Shown: piece after piece, positions 61,743 through 64,000 of the stretch
Position numbering within the stretch: position 1 is the stretch's first letter
Layout of the letters: the number at the start of each line of letters is the position of its first letter
DNA from: an uncultured Acidobacteriota bacterium
Lineage (GTDB): Bacteria; Acidobacteriota; Thermoanaerobaculia; Gp7-AA8
Assembly: GCA_963741955.1 (NCBI GenBank)
Contig: CAVUKB010000004.1
Location: forward strand, 32,001 to 96,000
Direction: 5' to 3'
DNA length: 64,000 nt
Position numbers and translations under genes: made by a program
The notes under the pieces: generated by a model
The model's database searches: none
The model's input: the letters and a program-made list of their open reading frames with translations, nothing else
What the model was told of the DNA's origin: nothing

Positions 61743-64000
61743 GTGGCATTCCGCTCTCGCAATCGAATCGCTTCCGCTGCACTCCTGGCCCTCCTTGCAG
61801 TCCTTCTTCCGGTGCGATCCGCCCTGGCGGACTCCATCACCTCCGCCGATCTCCAGATCCAGGGGGCGAGCCTCGAGCTCGTGACCACCACCGCCACGGT
61901 CCAGAGGGGAACACCGGCCGTGATCCGCACGCGGTTCGGCGGAAAGGAAGGCGACGAAGCACCGTCGGTCGAAGGAGTCGTCGCGCAAGGCGATCTGACC
62001 GGCCCGGGCATCGACGCGCCGATCACCGTCACCACCGCACCGGGACATGCATTCCAGATCGCAGGGCTCACCCAGGAAGGCGTCTATTACCTCCAGAACG
62101 TCCGGCTCAACAGAGATGGCCAGCTCCTGCAGGTCGCGGTTCCATCGACCGCGGTCATTCAGGTCACCAACGCACTTCAGACCACCGTGACCGTGCGCCA
62201 GCTCACTCCCGACGAGCTGCGTGCCCGCGGCATCACCGTCGATCCATCCAACTACGACGTTTATGAGTACACGTTCTCGTTTCTCGTGAACGGACAGACG
62301 GTCGAAGTGCCGTACCCGGTCATCATCAATCGCACCACACGCGAAGCGACTCCGGTGACTCGGGAGAATCCGTACCAGCTCCCGACCGACGTCTCGACCC
62401 TCCCTCCTCGCTGGGGCGAGATGCCGGGGATCATTCCCACCGAGTTCGCGCCGCGGATCGATCTTCCGACTCCTCCTCCCCAGCTCGACGACTCGGGGCC
62501 CTCCGTCGAGCGGCCGTCGATCCACGCGGCGATCGTCATTCCGAACAGTCTCGCGGTGTTGCATCAGTTTTTCCTCGTCGGTCTGCTCGTCACGAACGGC
62601 GCCCCTGACGGCAGCAGTGTCACGCTCGACGGGATCACCGCCACCATCGACGCCCCGAATCAATTGCGCGTCGTGAAGAGCGATCCCCCTTCCACCGCCG
62701 GAGGCGCGGTGACCATCACCGAGCCGTCGACCGGGCAGACTTTCCTGGTCGCGCAGGCGCAGGGAAACGCCGAATGGACGCTCGAAGGACTTCACGCCGG
62801 TACCTGGACCGTCCATCTCGACGTCCGGGCGACGTTCCATTCCCCGGGACAGCCCGACATCGAGCTCGAGGCGACGCCGAGCGCAACGGTCGTCGTCCAC
62901 GACGCCCGCTTCAACGTCACGTTCTCCCATCCGGAGACGATCCGAAAGGGCCTCCAGTACTCGACGTACACATTCATCACCAACGTCAGTGACTCCGCGC
63001 AGGACGTGGTCCTCTCCGACGATGCGGTTCCTCTCTGCACACAGGGAACGTACGTCTCCAATGTCTGCCGCGCCGAGGGAACGCCGTCGTCGTTCTCGCT
63101 CCATCTCGAGCCCGGCGAGACGAAGAGTATCGAGTACAAACTCCAATCCAACCTGACCGGGTACGTCTTCGCGACCGCTGCGTCCATCGACGGCTCCGAC
63201 TCCGCAATCACCTCCGCCGCGTTCGACCTTTCGATGGGCGTCAGCCCGACCGGCGTCCCCCTCTCTCCGGTCACGCTCGTTCTCCCGTACTACGCGCGTC
63301 CTCCCTGGCTCTCGCAGAATTTCCTCGACGCGCAGCTCGGGCTTCTCGGGGTCGGTTACAGCCTCGCGACCGCGCCGTTCACGAAGCAGACCGCGAAATT
63401 TCCCCGCATCGTCACCACCGACGTCTTCACCCGCGCCGTCGACATCGCCCGCGCCGGCGAGCGCATCTTCATCGGAGAGGATCCCCGCGACGCTCTCGCG
63501 AACCTCTCTCTCGACCTCCTCGGCAATCAGTCGCCTCTTCCGGAGTGGGACCAGTTCCGCCGTCAGGAAGAAGCCGATCCGGCCGGCGACGTCGCACGCA
63601 ACGCGGCGAACGCGCTCGGTAATGAGATCTCGACGGCGTTCGGCGCCGACGGGACGTTCACGGACCTCGCGTCCCGCATCGCAGGCGCCGCCGGCTACCG
63701 CGACCCCTGGTTTCTCGCGAGCGTGCGCGGTCCCTCATCCTCCGGCAGCAGCCCCCTCCATCTGAAGCTCTCCAGCCCCGACGGCTCGATGAGTGGCACC
63801 GGGAGCGCGGCGTCGTGGGTTCGCACCATCCCTCGCGGCGAGATCCTTCCTCTCTCCGCTTCGGCCGAGAGCGGAGAGCTCGCGCTCGTAGGCTCGAGCC
63901 CCGGCGCGATCGATCTCGAGATCACCGCATCCGAAGCGGTCAGCGGCACCCTCGATCTCGTCTTTCCCTCGGCGGACGGCACGTCGCTGATTCACGCATC
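61743..64000 (+). CDS. Large secreted beta-rich (Ig-like) protein, 5' part; continues past window end
   Basis: GTG after AAGAGGA; signal peptide ..LLALLAVLLPVRSALA, then DSITSADLQIQGASL..VRQLTPDELRARGI..YEYTFSF; no in-frame stop noticed; absent from ORF track because it has no stop in the window. Confidence 0.85.
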   Translation, partial: MAFRSRNRIASAALLALLAVLLPVRSALADSITSADLQIQGASLELVTTTATVQRGTPAVIRTRFGGKEGDEAPSVEGVVAQGDLTGPGIDAPITVTTAPGHAFQIAGLTQEGVYYLQNVRLNRDGQLLQVAVPSTAVIQVTNALQTTVTVRQLTPDELRARGITVDPSNYDVYEYTFSFLVNGQTVEVPYPVIINRTTREATPVTRENPYQLPTDVSTLPPRWGEMPGIIPTEFAPRIDLPTPPPQLDDSGPSVERPSIHAAIVIPNSLAVLHQFFLVGLLVTNGAPDGSSVTLDGITATIDAPNQLRVVKSDPPSTAGGAVTITEPSTGQTFLVAQAQGNAEWTLEGLHAGTWTVHLDVRATFHSPGQPDIELEATPSATVVVHDARFNVTFSHPETIRKGLQYSTYTFITNVSDSAQDVVLSDDAVPLCTQGTYVSNVCRAEGTPSSFSLHLEPGETKSIEYKLQSNLTGYVFATAASIDGSDSAITSAAFDLSMGVSPTGVPLSPVTLVLPYYARPPWLSQNFLDAQLGLLGVGYSLATAPFTKQTAKFPRIVTTDVFTRAVDIARAGERIFIGEDPRDALANLSLDLLGNQSPLPEWDQFRRQEEADPAGDVARNAANALGNEISTAFGADGTFTDLASRIAGAAGYRDPWFLASVRGPSSSGSSPLHLKLSSPDGSMSGTGSAASWVRTIPRGEILPLSASAESGELALVGSSPGAIDLEITASEAVSGTLDLVFPSADGTSLIHA

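Noticed and set aside
61719-63146. 475-aa minus-strand ORF
   Set aside because: Antisense shadow of the + strand giant ORF, which has an RBS, signal peptide and plausible composition.

Overview
GC-rich bacterial chromosomal window; gene content (Oar-like TonB receptor, DUF5916, TPR-alkaline-phosphatase protein, giant secreted repeat protein) resembles Acidobacteriota such as Thermoanaerobaculia, which is an inference. 1-9.7 kb is accessory DNA. It holds the 3' end of an RHS polymorphic toxin with an HExxH C-terminal domain and a membrane immunity candidate. An orphan RHS module follows, whose second HExxH toxin is frameshifted and split by an end-less ISL3 fragment. Next come an OmpA-domain protein, a deleted REP-associated (IS200-like Y1) transposase remnant and a Fic gene. 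11-18 kb is a YfcC-IclR-TonB receptor-M20-C39 uptake/catabolic locus with a tandem IclR-type operator. A complete ISL3 (IRs, 8-bp TSD) sits at 20768-22351. Further along are msrA, an ECF41 sigma operon with its promoters, a TlpA-DUF4266-DUF3570-ApbE flavinylation cluster, DUF5916, an APC permease, a MerA-like oxidoreductase, acr3, a VapBC pair, asnB, pepA, an NtrC-family regulator, murI, an MCP, purF and purL. The window ends in a large secreted-protein ORF that the ORF track missed. Intergenic DNA is dense in palindromic repeats: seven co-oriented copies of a 177-bp MITE, nested elements and two tandem arrays. An AT-rich 15-mer triplet phased at 31 bp occurs at two loci, one ending in an attI-like core. 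No rRNA, tRNA or CRISPR array was recognised.
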